A stretch of DNA of 64,000 nt from Roseibacillus sp. GTDB taxonomy: Bacteria > Verrucomicrobiota > Verrucomicrobiia > Verrucomicrobiales > Akkermansiaceae. The stretch is taken from the NCBI GenBank assembly GCA_051251855.1, contig JBPOGI010000002.1:32001-96000 (forward strand), read 5' to 3'. The translations under genes and the position numbers were made by a program. The notes beneath the pieces are model-generated. The model worked only from the letters and a program-made list of their open reading frames with translations, was not told the DNA's origin and ran no database searches. Positions 19,109 to 27,894 of this stretch are shown here, in pieces. The first letter of the stretch is position 1. Each line of letters starts with the position of its first letter.

Positions 19109-20917
19109 GTGATCCTCACGGTTCTAGTGAAGATGATACGGCGAGAGGCGAAAAGGGAAAAGATGCTCTCAGAGAGGGGGAGGCTGCCGTTCTTTGGGAG
19201 GGACATCCGTCGGCACTACGCTTTTATAAGGAAAGTGAGAGGATGTTTTCTGGTTGGAGTTTTGGCCCTGCTGCCTTGCGCGTTGTCGGCGCAGGACCGG
19301 TTTGTTCCTACCGTGGAAAACGAGTCCCGCTCGAGCGCCTTGCCCTTTGGGGGGAATCAACCGGCGGTCGGTGATGATCAGGTGGTGCTGGTGGACCCTG
19401 TGATGAGCTTGAGCGTGACGACGGCTGAGTCGGTGACTTTGACTCAGGAGGGAGTGATTTTTTCAGGATTGACGGTGGCGAGGCAAGAAGAGCTTCGCAT
19501 GCGTTTGCAGTTTTTTCTTAATCGACCCCTCACCGAGCAAGCACTCCTGACGCTTACCGAGTTAGTCGTGAGCCACTATGAGGAGAATGATCGCCCGGTG
19601 GTTGAGGTATGGGTTCCGCCTCAAGACGAGAATGACCAGCAGACTCTCACCGTGCGGGTGATTGAGGGCAAGGTGGGGCAGGTGCAGTTACGTGAGCCTC
19701 GTTATTTTGACTCGGGGCGATTGGCGCCGGCGCTGTGGGCAAAGAACGGGCGCTTGCTACGTTCTTCGGATCTTACCGCGACCACTTCATGGCTGAGCCG
19801 CAATCCGTTTCGTAAGGCTGAGCTCTTTGTCGCTGCAGGCAGCGGGGAGGGGGAGGCTGACTTGGTTTTTGCCCTGGACGAAAAGAGGCCTTGGCGGGGT
19901 TACGTGGGTTACGAAAATACCGGCACCGAAGTCACGGGGGAGAGTCGTTTTTTACTCGGGGGGATTTGGGGAAATGCCTTTGGGTTCGATCACATTGTGG
20001 CTTATCAAGCGACGCTCGGATCGGACTTAGATCAATTCCAAGCGCATGGTCTTTCTTGGGAAGCGCCCATTCACCATCGACATGAATTTCTACGTCTCAC
20101 ATCGAGTTGGGCCGAAGTCTCCAGCGAAGCGATGACAAATCTGGGGAGTGCGGATATCGAGGGGAGCAGCTTTCAGGTGGCCTTGAGCTATGGGCGACAA
20201 GTGATTCGTGGGGATTGGCAAGGAGAGTTCAGTGGAGGCCTCGAGTTCAAGCGTTCCGACACCTTCCTAACTTTTAGTGACCAAGTGGACCTCTCGTCCG
20301 ACTCTCCGGTGGAAGTGGTTCAGTTTCGGTTGAATGCCCAGTTGCAAAAAGCAGCCAAGACTGAGAGCGGGTGGAATACTGATTTGCGGGTTTCTCTAGT
20401 GGCCAGTCCAGGAGGGTTTTCGGGGCGAAATACTGACGGCGAGTTCGCATCCTATCGCGCGGGCGCCGATGCCTCCTACCTCTATCTGCGAGGCAATGGG
20501 CAATGGTCGCGAGGCTGGAAGGATTGGACTCTTCTTGTGCGAGCGGAAGCCCAAGTCGCCAGCGGTGCTCTTCTCCCCAGCGAGCAACTAGGAATGGGAG
20601 GGATGCGCACCGTGCGCGGGTATCGTGAGAGGGAATTTCTGGCGGATAGCGGTTGGTGGGGCAGTGTGGAAGCACGGAGCCCAGCATGGAGAAGCCAGTT
20701 CTGGGAAAAAGAGTTCAGCGTCCAAGGCCTGTTCTTCGTGGATCATGGATTTACTTGGCGGGAAGGGGAGGATGCGGAGCAGCTCTTTAGCCTAGGTCTT
20801 GGAGCTCGCGCCCAGTGGGGTGGTGCCACTTTGCGAGCTGACCTCGGAGTTCCTTTGACTGAAGGAGAGCAAGATAGCGACCCACGCGCCCACGTGGGGC
20901 TCACCTACCGCTGGTAG
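19109..20917 (+). CDS. ShlB/FhaC/HecB (TpsB) outer-membrane transporter
   Basis: POTRA (PPQ, VIEGKVG), GGMRTVRGYRE (VRGY) motif, C-terminal Trp; start uncertain. Confidence 0.85.
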   Translation: MILTVLVKMIRREAKREKMLSERGRLPFFGRDIRRHYAFIRKVRGCFLVGVLALLPCALSAQDRFVPTVENESRSSALPFGGNQPAVGDDQVVLVDPVMSLSVTTAESVTLTQEGVIFSGLTVARQEELRMRLQFFLNRPLTEQALLTLTELVVSHYEENDRPVVEVWVPPQDENDQQTLTVRVIEGKVGQVQLREPRYFDSGRLAPALWAKNGRLLRSSDLTATTSWLSRNPFRKAELFVAAGSGEGEADLVFALDEKRPWRGYVGYENTGTEVTGESRFLLGGIWGNAFGFDHIVAYQATLGSDLDQFQAHGLSWEAPIHHRHEFLRLTSSWAEVSSEAMTNLGSADIEGSSFQVALSYGRQVIRGDWQGEFSGGLEFKRSDTFLTFSDQVDLSSDSPVEVVQFRLNAQLQKAAKTESGWNTDLRVSLVASPGGFSGRNTDGEFASYRAGADASYLYLRGNGQWSRGWKDWTLLVRAEAQVASGALLPSEQLGMGGMRTVRGYREREFLADSGWWGSVEARSPAWRSQFWEKEFSVQGLFFVDHGFTWREGEDAEQLFSLGLGARAQWGGATLRADLGVPLTEGEQDSDPRAHVGLTYRW

Positions 20918-21049
20918 ACGGGGAAGAGGGGGAGTGGAGCGGCTCAAAACCATCGTGAATGGGGGAGAACAGGCAAAATCAAAGAAGATCGCGAGAGAAG
21001 ATTGACGCTCCCCCCAAAATCTGATTTTCTCCCCGTCCCCTCAATAACT

Positions 21050-21140
21050 GGACCAGTGGCTGAGTGGTCGAAAGCGCTCGCCTGCTAAGTGAGTATACTC
21101 CAAAAGGGTATCCAGGGTTCGAATCCCTGCTGGTCCGCCA
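21050..21140 (+). tRNA. tRNA-Ser(GCT)
   Basis: Acceptor stem GGACCAG/CTGGTCC, anticodon loop CTGCTAA, long variable arm, GGTTCGAATCC T-arm, encoded CCA. Confidence 0.97.
21111..21140 (+). repeat. att core, left copy (tRNA 3' end)
   Basis: 30-bp direct repeat with 52346-52375. Confidence 0.92.
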
Positions 21141-21151
21141 TATTTATAACT

Positions 21152-21181
21152 CGCTGTAATCAAGTTGATTGCAGCGTTTTT
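21152..21181 (+). terminator. Intrinsic terminator downstream of the tRNA, supplied by the element
   Basis: Hairpin CGCTGTAATCAA-G-TTGATTGCAGCG followed by TTTTT. Confidence 0.65.
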
Positions 21182-21200
21182 GTTTCAAGGTGGTTCGGAA

Positions 21201-21221
21201 GTGACACTAAAAGTGACACTG
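21201..21221 (+). repeat. Putative integrase arm-type site, left
   Basis: GTGACACTAAAAGTGACACTG, identical to 52232-52252. Confidence 0.75.
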
Positions 21222-21296
21222 CGTCCGTGGTGAACTGGAGCTGTTCGGGTTTGTTCGCCACCGCCGATTTCTGCTCTTGTTCTTTGTTCAGGAAGG

Positions 21297-22733
21297 TTGT
21301 CTTTTTTGAACGTGAACTCTCCCAAAGCTCCTTCCCCAGAGACACTGAAAAAGCTTCACGAAGACTCGGAGAGGCAGCAGGCCAAGGAAAGAGCTGATGC
21401 TGCAGAAAATAGGAAGAAAGCAAAGAAGGCCACAAAGAAGGCGACCTCTAAGACGAATAGACAAAAAGGAGCTAAGAAGTCGCGTCGCAAGAAGGCAGTC
21501 AAGAAGGAGCGAGAAGAGAAAAAGGTGAAAGCGAAAATGGCTAGGGAAGAGATCAAGTCATCGATCACGCTGCAGAGAGCTTTGCCTCCCGAGAAGAAGC
21601 AAGAGCTCATTGATAAACTTAAAAGACCATTTTTAAGTTTATATGGATGGGCTGGTCCCGATATCAGAGATCGAAGATTGGTTCACTCCTTCGAAAGTGG
21701 GCACAAGGAACTTGAATTAGCGGGTTGGGACAAAATCGGTGAAACTTGGGCGAAATTTGACGCTGATGGCTTTCTAGTATTCGGTCCCTGTAAGTCTCTG
21801 GTGGAGACTGTGGGCACGAGCCGTGAAAAATGGAAAGTTCCGTCCTACCACGATGGTGAAAAAATTCTGCCATTCCCGGTTCCTCCACCGGAAGCATTTT
21901 GGAAGAAGCGTTGGAAAAAGTTACCGGAAAGTTATCTTGAGGGTGAGCTCGTTCCGGTGGTGGAAAAATTAACATGGGATGATGATGCCTATCGTGATGC
22001 CGAAGACTCTTGGCGTGAGTCTCTCTTGGTCTACTCTTCGTTCAGAGGGCATCCTGTGGATTTTTTAGCTCGTTACCTCGGCAACTCTCTGGCCCCGGAT
22101 TTTAGGGTGAAGGGATTGGATGTTGTGCAGGAGCAATCGCAGCTGTTTGCCACGACATCAGAAATTAAAGGGCTGAACCAGAAGCTCAAAGAGCTGGGGT
22201 TGTTTGATGGCGATTCCTTTTACTCAGACAGCTATGGCTCTCTTGAAGATGAACACGGAAAAGATGCCAAAAAATCTCCCCGTGAGCGCGTGGACACCTT
22301 TAAAAATGATCTCAGCAAACTAGCCGCCTCGGACCCCAGAAAGCCGTGGGTCGATCTGTTCGTGAATGGATCGGCTGGTACTGAACTTCGGGCAGAAATT
22401 CAGGCGCTACTCCTGAGGTGTTTTGTTGCAGGGAGACAGTTTGAACGGGTCTTGTCTAAAGACAAATCCAAGGTACTTTTCTCCCAATATTCTAAGCTCA
22501 AGATCCAGGGTGAGAAGAAACCAGAGGTTAGGGCGCGAGAGCAAAAATTCGCCGAGATTCTTGCACTACGGATTAAGGTCACAGGGAGCCTGAATAGATT
22601 CGGGCCGACGACTGCGAAGAAATTTCTAAAGGAACAAGAACGGGATGACCTTTTAGCGATCCTCGAAATGCCTCCAGCTAATGCCTTTAAGAATTTTCTT
22701 AGAAACGAAAGAACAAAGCCAAAATCCGCTTGA
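21297..22733 (+). CDS. Hypothetical protein with Lys-rich N-terminus
   Basis: 478-aa ORF filling the gap; no recognisable motif; start uncertain. Confidence 0.6.
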   Translation: MSFLNVNSPKAPSPETLKKLHEDSERQQAKERADAAENRKKAKKATKKATSKTNRQKGAKKSRRKKAVKKEREEKKVKAKMAREEIKSSITLQRALPPEKKQELIDKLKRPFLSLYGWAGPDIRDRRLVHSFESGHKELELAGWDKIGETWAKFDADGFLVFGPCKSLVETVGTSREKWKVPSYHDGEKILPFPVPPPEAFWKKRWKKLPESYLEGELVPVVEKLTWDDDAYRDAEDSWRESLLVYSSFRGHPVDFLARYLGNSLAPDFRVKGLDVVQEQSQLFATTSEIKGLNQKLKELGLFDGDSFYSDSYGSLEDEHGKDAKKSPRERVDTFKNDLSKLAASDPRKPWVDLFVNGSAGTELRAEIQALLLRCFVAGRQFERVLSKDKSKVLFSQYSKLKIQGEKKPEVRAREQKFAEILALRIKVTGSLNRFGPTTAKKFLKEQERDDLLAILEMPPANAFKNFLRNERTKPKSA

Positions 22734-22742
22734 AGGCGCTAA

Positions 22743-25700
22743 CTAGCTCGCCAGCTTCAGCATCTCAAAGATCAACTTGCTAAAGCTCTTTGCCTTCTTG
22801 GCATCTCCCAAGAGTTGAAACATCTGGTTTTGGTGGGCGGCACTGCTGTCCATGATTGCGTCGTCCATAGCCTGCGGGAAATCCCCGAGCATTGCTTGCT
22901 CGCTGGTGTTGTTATCAATCTGCTTCATTACCAGTTCGTTCTCTCGGATCTTGTCGCAGACGGTGTGGGCGTAATTCACAAGGTCTTGGTCACTGAGTTT
23001 ATCGGTATTGAACACCTCGTTGAGCCGGTCAATCAGCTGGGAGAGCAGCTCTTCCTTTTTATCCTTGGGACGAGATGAACCAGCGGCGTCGCCTCCCTGA
23101 AGGCCTGGGTTTTCATCTTGGCTCTCCAAGCGGAGATCTTGTTGCCGGAGCTTGCTGAGTCGGTAGTGGCTCAGTTCCACATTGCTCAGGTCTGGCCCTT
23201 CTTCCTCCTCGAAGGTTTCCTTGAGCATTGGGCGGAGATTACGGGCGTAGAGGCTGAGCTTTTCCAAGGCGGTGTCATCGTAGTCTACGATCTGGGACAT
23301 GAACTCGTAGAAGCGAGTAAAGGTTCCCAAGTCCTTCTTGAAGACGTCCAAGGTGTCTTTGGCCTTCTTTGCGTCTTTGAAGCGATTCTCAGCGTTCGTG
23401 ATCAGAACGGTGTCTCTTGTCTTCTTGGCCCGTTCAAACTCGTCCTTGCCGCTCTTGTAGAGCGAGAGAGCTTCCGTATAGCGCACTTGCCATCGTTCAA
23501 CGGCTGGCTTGCAAATATTTGCCAGAGCGGCTGCGCTTTTACTCTTGGAAAAGAAGGCCTCTGCGAATTGCTCGACCTCTGTCCACAGAAAGATGCCGAC
23601 ACCACGGAGCTTCTCGAAGAGGTCAAACACCATATCAGGGTCGGAGACATCGTTGAGTTCCGCCGTCTTGTAGTAGGGGAGAAAGGAGCCCAGAATTTCC
23701 TCGGGCTCATTGAAGAAGTCCAAGACGAAGGTGCCTGACTCAGCCTTTCCAGGATAGGTCCGGTTGAGACGCGACAAGGTTTGCACGCATTCTACGCCCG
23801 CGAGCTTCTTATCAACATACATTGCGCAGAGCTTGGGCTGGTCGAAGCCAGTCTGAAACTTGTTAGCAACGATCATCACTTGATAATCCTCGGTGTCGAA
23901 GGCCTTCCTCATGTCCCTGCCCTTCAGGTTGGGGTTCATGTTGATCTCGGTAAATTTCTCTCCCAGCATTCCACTCGAATTCGGATCCTTTTCGGTGAAT
24001 TCCACTTCTCCCGAGAAGGCCACCATTCCGTAGAGTTTTTCATAGCCTTGCTCAGAGATGTATTTGTCGAAGCCTAGCTTGAAACGCACCGCTTCCTTGC
24101 GAGAGCTAGTCACCACCATGGCTTTAGCCTGACCTCCCAGAAGTCCCATCACATTATCGCGGAAGTGCTCGACGATGACCTGCACCTTCTGGGCAATGTT
24201 GTAGTCATGAAGCCGGACCCATTGATTCAGTTTTACTTTGGCCTTCTTGCTTTCCACTTCGGTGTCTGCCGCTTGGACTTTTAGGGCGAGATTGTAGGCG
24301 ACTTTGTAGTTGGTGTAATTTTTGAGGACATCGAGGATAAACTTTTCCTCAATCGCCTGCCGCATGCTGTAAACGTGGAAGGCTTGGGGCTTGTTCGTTT
24401 TCGAGGGAGCTTCTGCAGGATTCTGAAGACGGCCAAAGAGTTCGAGCGTTTTGGGTTTGGGGGTAGCGGTGAAGGCAAAGAAACTCAGGTTCGAGTTTTC
24501 CCTTCGTGATGCGACCATGGCCTGGACCACTTCTTCGGAAGTGAGAACGTCGTCGTCATCCCGTTCCTCCACCATGAGCACTTCTTTTAGTTGTCGGGCC
24601 GTGGAGCCACTCTGCGAGGAATGCGCTTCGTCTGCGATAATTGCGTAGCTTCTCTCTTTCAGGCTTACGCTGTTCTCAATCGCTTTTAGCACGAATGGAA
24701 ACGTCTGGATGGTGACAATGATGATCGGCTGCGCCACTTCGAGAGCCTTCGCCAGCTTCTCTGATTTAGAGCCCTCTCCTATTTCCTTGTTGATGCAGCC
24801 CACCATGCCGTCGAGGTGCTCAAATTGGTAGATAGTGTCTTGAAGCTGATCGTCGAGAACGGTGCGGTCGGTTACCACAATGACGGATTGAAACTGCTTC
24901 TCACCATTGTCCCGGTAGATAGACGACAACTGATGGGCAGTCCAAGCAATCGAGTTCGATTTACCTGAACCCGCGCTGTGCTGGACAAGATACTTGTGCC
25001 CCGGACCTTCTGTTCGTGCAGTGTCAATGAGCTGATTGACCACGTCCCATTGGTGATAGCGGGGAAAGATCATCGTCTCCTTGCGATACTTTCGCCCGTC
25101 CCAGTCCTCCTTTTCCTCAATTTGTAAGTGGATGAAGCGCGCGAGAATTTTAAGTAGGTTGTCCGGTGCCAGCACCTCGTTCCAGAGATAGTCAGTAGCG
25201 TATTGGTTGACGTCGTCGGGGGTGTCATTGCCTGCCCCACCATCTTCGGTGCCTTTGTTGAAAGGGAGAAAGTAGCTATCGCTTCCTGCCAACTTCGTGC
25301 ACATGTGGGCTTCGTATTGACTCACCGCAAAATGGACCAAGGCTCCTCGTTTGAAGGTGAGCAGCGGTTCTGGTTTCTTAGTCGCGGGGTCAATCGGGAG
25401 ACGCGTCTTCTTATATTGCTTGATGGCTCTCTCACAGGCTTGCTTGAACTCGGACTTGAGTTCCATTGTCACCACCGGAATACCATTGACAAAAAGCACC
25501 AGGTCGATGCGCCAAGCTTTGGCCCTAGCCGCAAGCTTCTCGCCTCCATAAGTGGCCGACGCTTCGCCCAGAAGGTTTTTCTCCTCGATTGTGTGGTCTT
25601 CTTTTGTCCACGGGCTGTAGACCAGTTCTTGCACCACCCGGAGCCGGTTCTGCTTATACCGAGCCATTGTCTCGGGGTTCAGATCGTGCTCCGGCTTAAA

Positions 25701-26039
25701 TTGGCAAAGACTGAAGCGAGTGCCTCGTTCTCTAATCTCGTGCCGCAGAGCGCCCAAGGTGCCAAAGGTTCGTAAGGTCTGGTCGGCGGCATTGGGATCC
25801 GCCTTGTCGAGCTGCTTGGCGACACGCTCGAGGAACTTCTCATTCGCATTGTTCGGATAGAGCTTAGAATACTTCTCCCATTGCTTGGGCTGAGACTCTT
25901 GCACGAAGCCTAGTAGGTCTTCTTCATAGAGCCCCAATTCCCGATTGTATCCGGAAGGGGAGCCCTGCAGCCAACCTTGCGATTGGAATTGGGAAACCAC
26001 ATCGTCTTGGAAGGTGCGTTCGTTTGCTTTGTCGCTCAT
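22743..26039 (-). CDS. hsdR: Type I restriction endonuclease subunit R
   Basis: IDLVLFVNGIP and ELK nuclease motif, HSAGSGKS Walker A, DEAH, FTATPK, QTLSRLNR; start ATG 26039. Confidence 0.95.
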   Translation of the reverse strand: MSDKANERTFQDDVVSQFQSQGWLQGSPSGYNRELGLYEEDLLGFVQESQPKQWEKYSKLYPNNANEKFLERVAKQLDKADPNAADQTLRTFGTLGALRHEIRERGTRFSLCQFKPEHDLNPETMARYKQNRLRVVQELVYSPWTKEDHTIEEKNLLGEASATYGGEKLAARAKAWRIDLVLFVNGIPVVTMELKSEFKQACERAIKQYKKTRLPIDPATKKPEPLLTFKRGALVHFAVSQYEAHMCTKLAGSDSYFLPFNKGTEDGGAGNDTPDDVNQYATDYLWNEVLAPDNLLKILARFIHLQIEEKEDWDGRKYRKETMIFPRYHQWDVVNQLIDTARTEGPGHKYLVQHSAGSGKSNSIAWTAHQLSSIYRDNGEKQFQSVIVVTDRTVLDDQLQDTIYQFEHLDGMVGCINKEIGEGSKSEKLAKALEVAQPIIIVTIQTFPFVLKAIENSVSLKERSYAIIADEAHSSQSGSTARQLKEVLMVEERDDDDVLTSEEVVQAMVASRRENSNLSFFAFTATPKPKTLELFGRLQNPAEAPSKTNKPQAFHVYSMRQAIEEKFILDVLKNYTNYKVAYNLALKVQAADTEVESKKAKVKLNQWVRLHDYNIAQKVQVIVEHFRDNVMGLLGGQAKAMVVTSSRKEAVRFKLGFDKYISEQGYEKLYGMVAFSGEVEFTEKDPNSSGMLGEKFTEINMNPNLKGRDMRKAFDTEDYQVMIVANKFQTGFDQPKLCAMYVDKKLAGVECVQTLSRLNRTYPGKAESGTFVLDFFNEPEEILGSFLPYYKTAELNDVSDPDMVFDLFEKLRGVGIFLWTEVEQFAEAFFSKSKSAAALANICKPAVERWQVRYTEALSLYKSGKDEFERAKKTRDTVLITNAENRFKDAKKAKDTLDVFKKDLGTFTRFYEFMSQIVDYDDTALEKLSLYARNLRPMLKETFEEEEGPDLSNVELSHYRLSKLRQQDLRLESQDENPGLQGGDAAGSSRPKDKKEELLSQLIDRLNEVFNTDKLSDQDLVNYAHTVCDKIRENELVMKQIDNNTSEQAMLGDFPQAMDDAIMDSSAAHQNQMFQLLGDAKKAKSFSKLIFEMLKLAS

Positions 26040-26040
26040 T

Positions 26041-27894
26041 CTATGGTTCTGTGATGGGCTGGGGCTCGAAAGCCCAAATGCGTTCGCAGATTGCTTGATA
26101 GAGATTCTGGCGTTTCTCAATATCGACCTTCTTAAGATCTTGGTGAGGTTCAAATGGAAGGTCGAGTTCCTTGATCATATTGAGGAAGTTTGGATTTCGG
26201 TCGTAGGCCTCTGGGCAGAGAGACTTAACGAGAAGATTCTCGCGAATGTAGTGGGGGCGTTTTTCATGGTAGGGAAGGTCGCCGTAGGACTGATTTGTTC
26301 CTCGCGGGAGAAGAACAAGATTACCAATGTTCTCTCGAAAGGCCTCAAATTCGCTGGGATGCTCGAATTCATCCTGATGGTGTTCGTATTTGTTGGCCCA
26401 AATGTGTTCGATCTCCATCGGCTTACCTTCCGGGAATTGGTAGTCGTCGAAGTTGGAGCTGAGGCCCGACTGTTCGTCGATATAACCGGAAATTCTTGAG
26501 AGGAGAAACTTAATGAAACGACTGTTCGTTCCATGCCTGGAAAACCTCTTCATTCCATCCCAAGTCTCTTCCATTTCATCGAGTTTTAGGGCGAGGATTG
26601 AGTGGAGATCGTCGAGTGATTTACGTCTGATTTCTTTCGTGAGAAGACACATCGTGTAGCGAATCGAGCTGGCACTGAAGTTTCGAAAGTTGATCGACCG
26701 TCGCACAGTGAAAGTTTCGATGAATTTGGCGACAGTGTTCATCTTGGCATCGATGATCTCCTGTGAATCAGACAAGCACAGGGGAGCGAGAAGGAGTTGA
26801 TAAGCGAGCGAGTCGGCGATTCCCCAGCAGCCAGCATAGTAGACGTTTTCCAAAGGTTTGATGAATTCCCATTCGGCTTTTTTCATGCGGAGGTAGGCCA
26901 AAAGGTAGAACTTGAAATCTTGTTGTAGAAAGTTTGAGAAGCCTTCCGCTGAGTTAGAAGTAAGGCTCATCAGGCTGAGGTTCTCTCGGAACCATCCATG
27001 GAAGCGGGTTCCAATTTTCTCAAAGTCTTCGTTGATGGACCCTTTGTGACTGCCTCGAATTGTCTCGGCGTATTGTCCCCGGAGCCATGCTTGCATGAAT
27101 CGCTGGTCTTCATCATCTTTATACTCGTGGAGGTCCTTCATTGCCTTCTTCCACAGATTGTTGGTCGTCTCTCGTTGTTTATTAGATTCGAGTCGAGACA
27201 GGAGATAGCCCTTAAGCATTTCCGTGGGGGTTAGATTGAGCCCCCTATCGTTCATCGTTTCAAAGATGGTGTAGGCGTTGTCATCGGAGTGAGCTACAAT
27301 CTCAACCAAGACCACTCGTTCTTTGAGCCAATCGATAAAATAGGAGTAGGCCTTGGCACCGATCTCTTCTGGGAAGACTCCTTCTATGTCCTTGTAGCGG
27401 GCTGCCATATTTTTAGTAGACTCATCGTCTCCGTCCACTGGCTCATAGTCGCCATTCTTGAAGAGAGCATCCAAGCAGGTGATTCGTTCTTCGACGGTAA
27501 TGTTGAATGATTTGGAACCAAATTTCTCTGAGAAGATCATCGACTCTACCTTCTCGTTCGAACCGAACTTTTCACCAAGGTGGTTTAAGAAAATCATGAA
27601 TAGGGTGAGGGAAGTGAGCCGCTGCTGCCCATCAATGATACTCAACATCCCATCCTTGCTACTCAGTACGTAGGGGCCCAGGTAGTAGCTATTGTAATTC
27701 TCTACCTCGGAACGGCTGTGTCCAGCATTGTAGTTGGCGAGGAAAGCCGCGCTCAGATCCTCCACCAGCTGTTTCATATGCTTTTCTCCCCAGCTGTATT
27801 CTCGCTGAAAGAAATCGACGCTATATTTGCGACTATCGAGCACTTGAAAAATGGTGCGATCATTGGCCTCAATTCTGTGTTCGGAATTACTCAT
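26041..27894 (-). CDS. DUF262-DUF1524 protein (GmrSD-like, modification-dependent restriction type)
   Basis: FQREYSW, IIDGQQRLT, FETMNDRG, EIEHI and NIGNLVLL HNH-like tail. Confidence 0.88.
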   Translation of the reverse strand: MSNSEHRIEANDRTIFQVLDSRKYSVDFFQREYSWGEKHMKQLVEDLSAAFLANYNAGHSRSEVENYNSYYLGPYVLSSKDGMLSIIDGQQRLTSLTLFMIFLNHLGEKFGSNEKVESMIFSEKFGSKSFNITVEERITCLDALFKNGDYEPVDGDDESTKNMAARYKDIEGVFPEEIGAKAYSYFIDWLKERVVLVEIVAHSDDNAYTIFETMNDRGLNLTPTEMLKGYLLSRLESNKQRETTNNLWKKAMKDLHEYKDDEDQRFMQAWLRGQYAETIRGSHKGSINEDFEKIGTRFHGWFRENLSLMSLTSNSAEGFSNFLQQDFKFYLLAYLRMKKAEWEFIKPLENVYYAGCWGIADSLAYQLLLAPLCLSDSQEIIDAKMNTVAKFIETFTVRRSINFRNFSASSIRYTMCLLTKEIRRKSLDDLHSILALKLDEMEETWDGMKRFSRHGTNSRFIKFLLSRISGYIDEQSGLSSNFDDYQFPEGKPMEIEHIWANKYEHHQDEFEHPSEFEAFRENIGNLVLLPRGTNQSYGDLPYHEKRPHYIRENLLVKSLCPEAYDRNPNFLNMIKELDLPFEPHQDLKKVDIEKRQNLYQAICERIWAFEPQPITEP

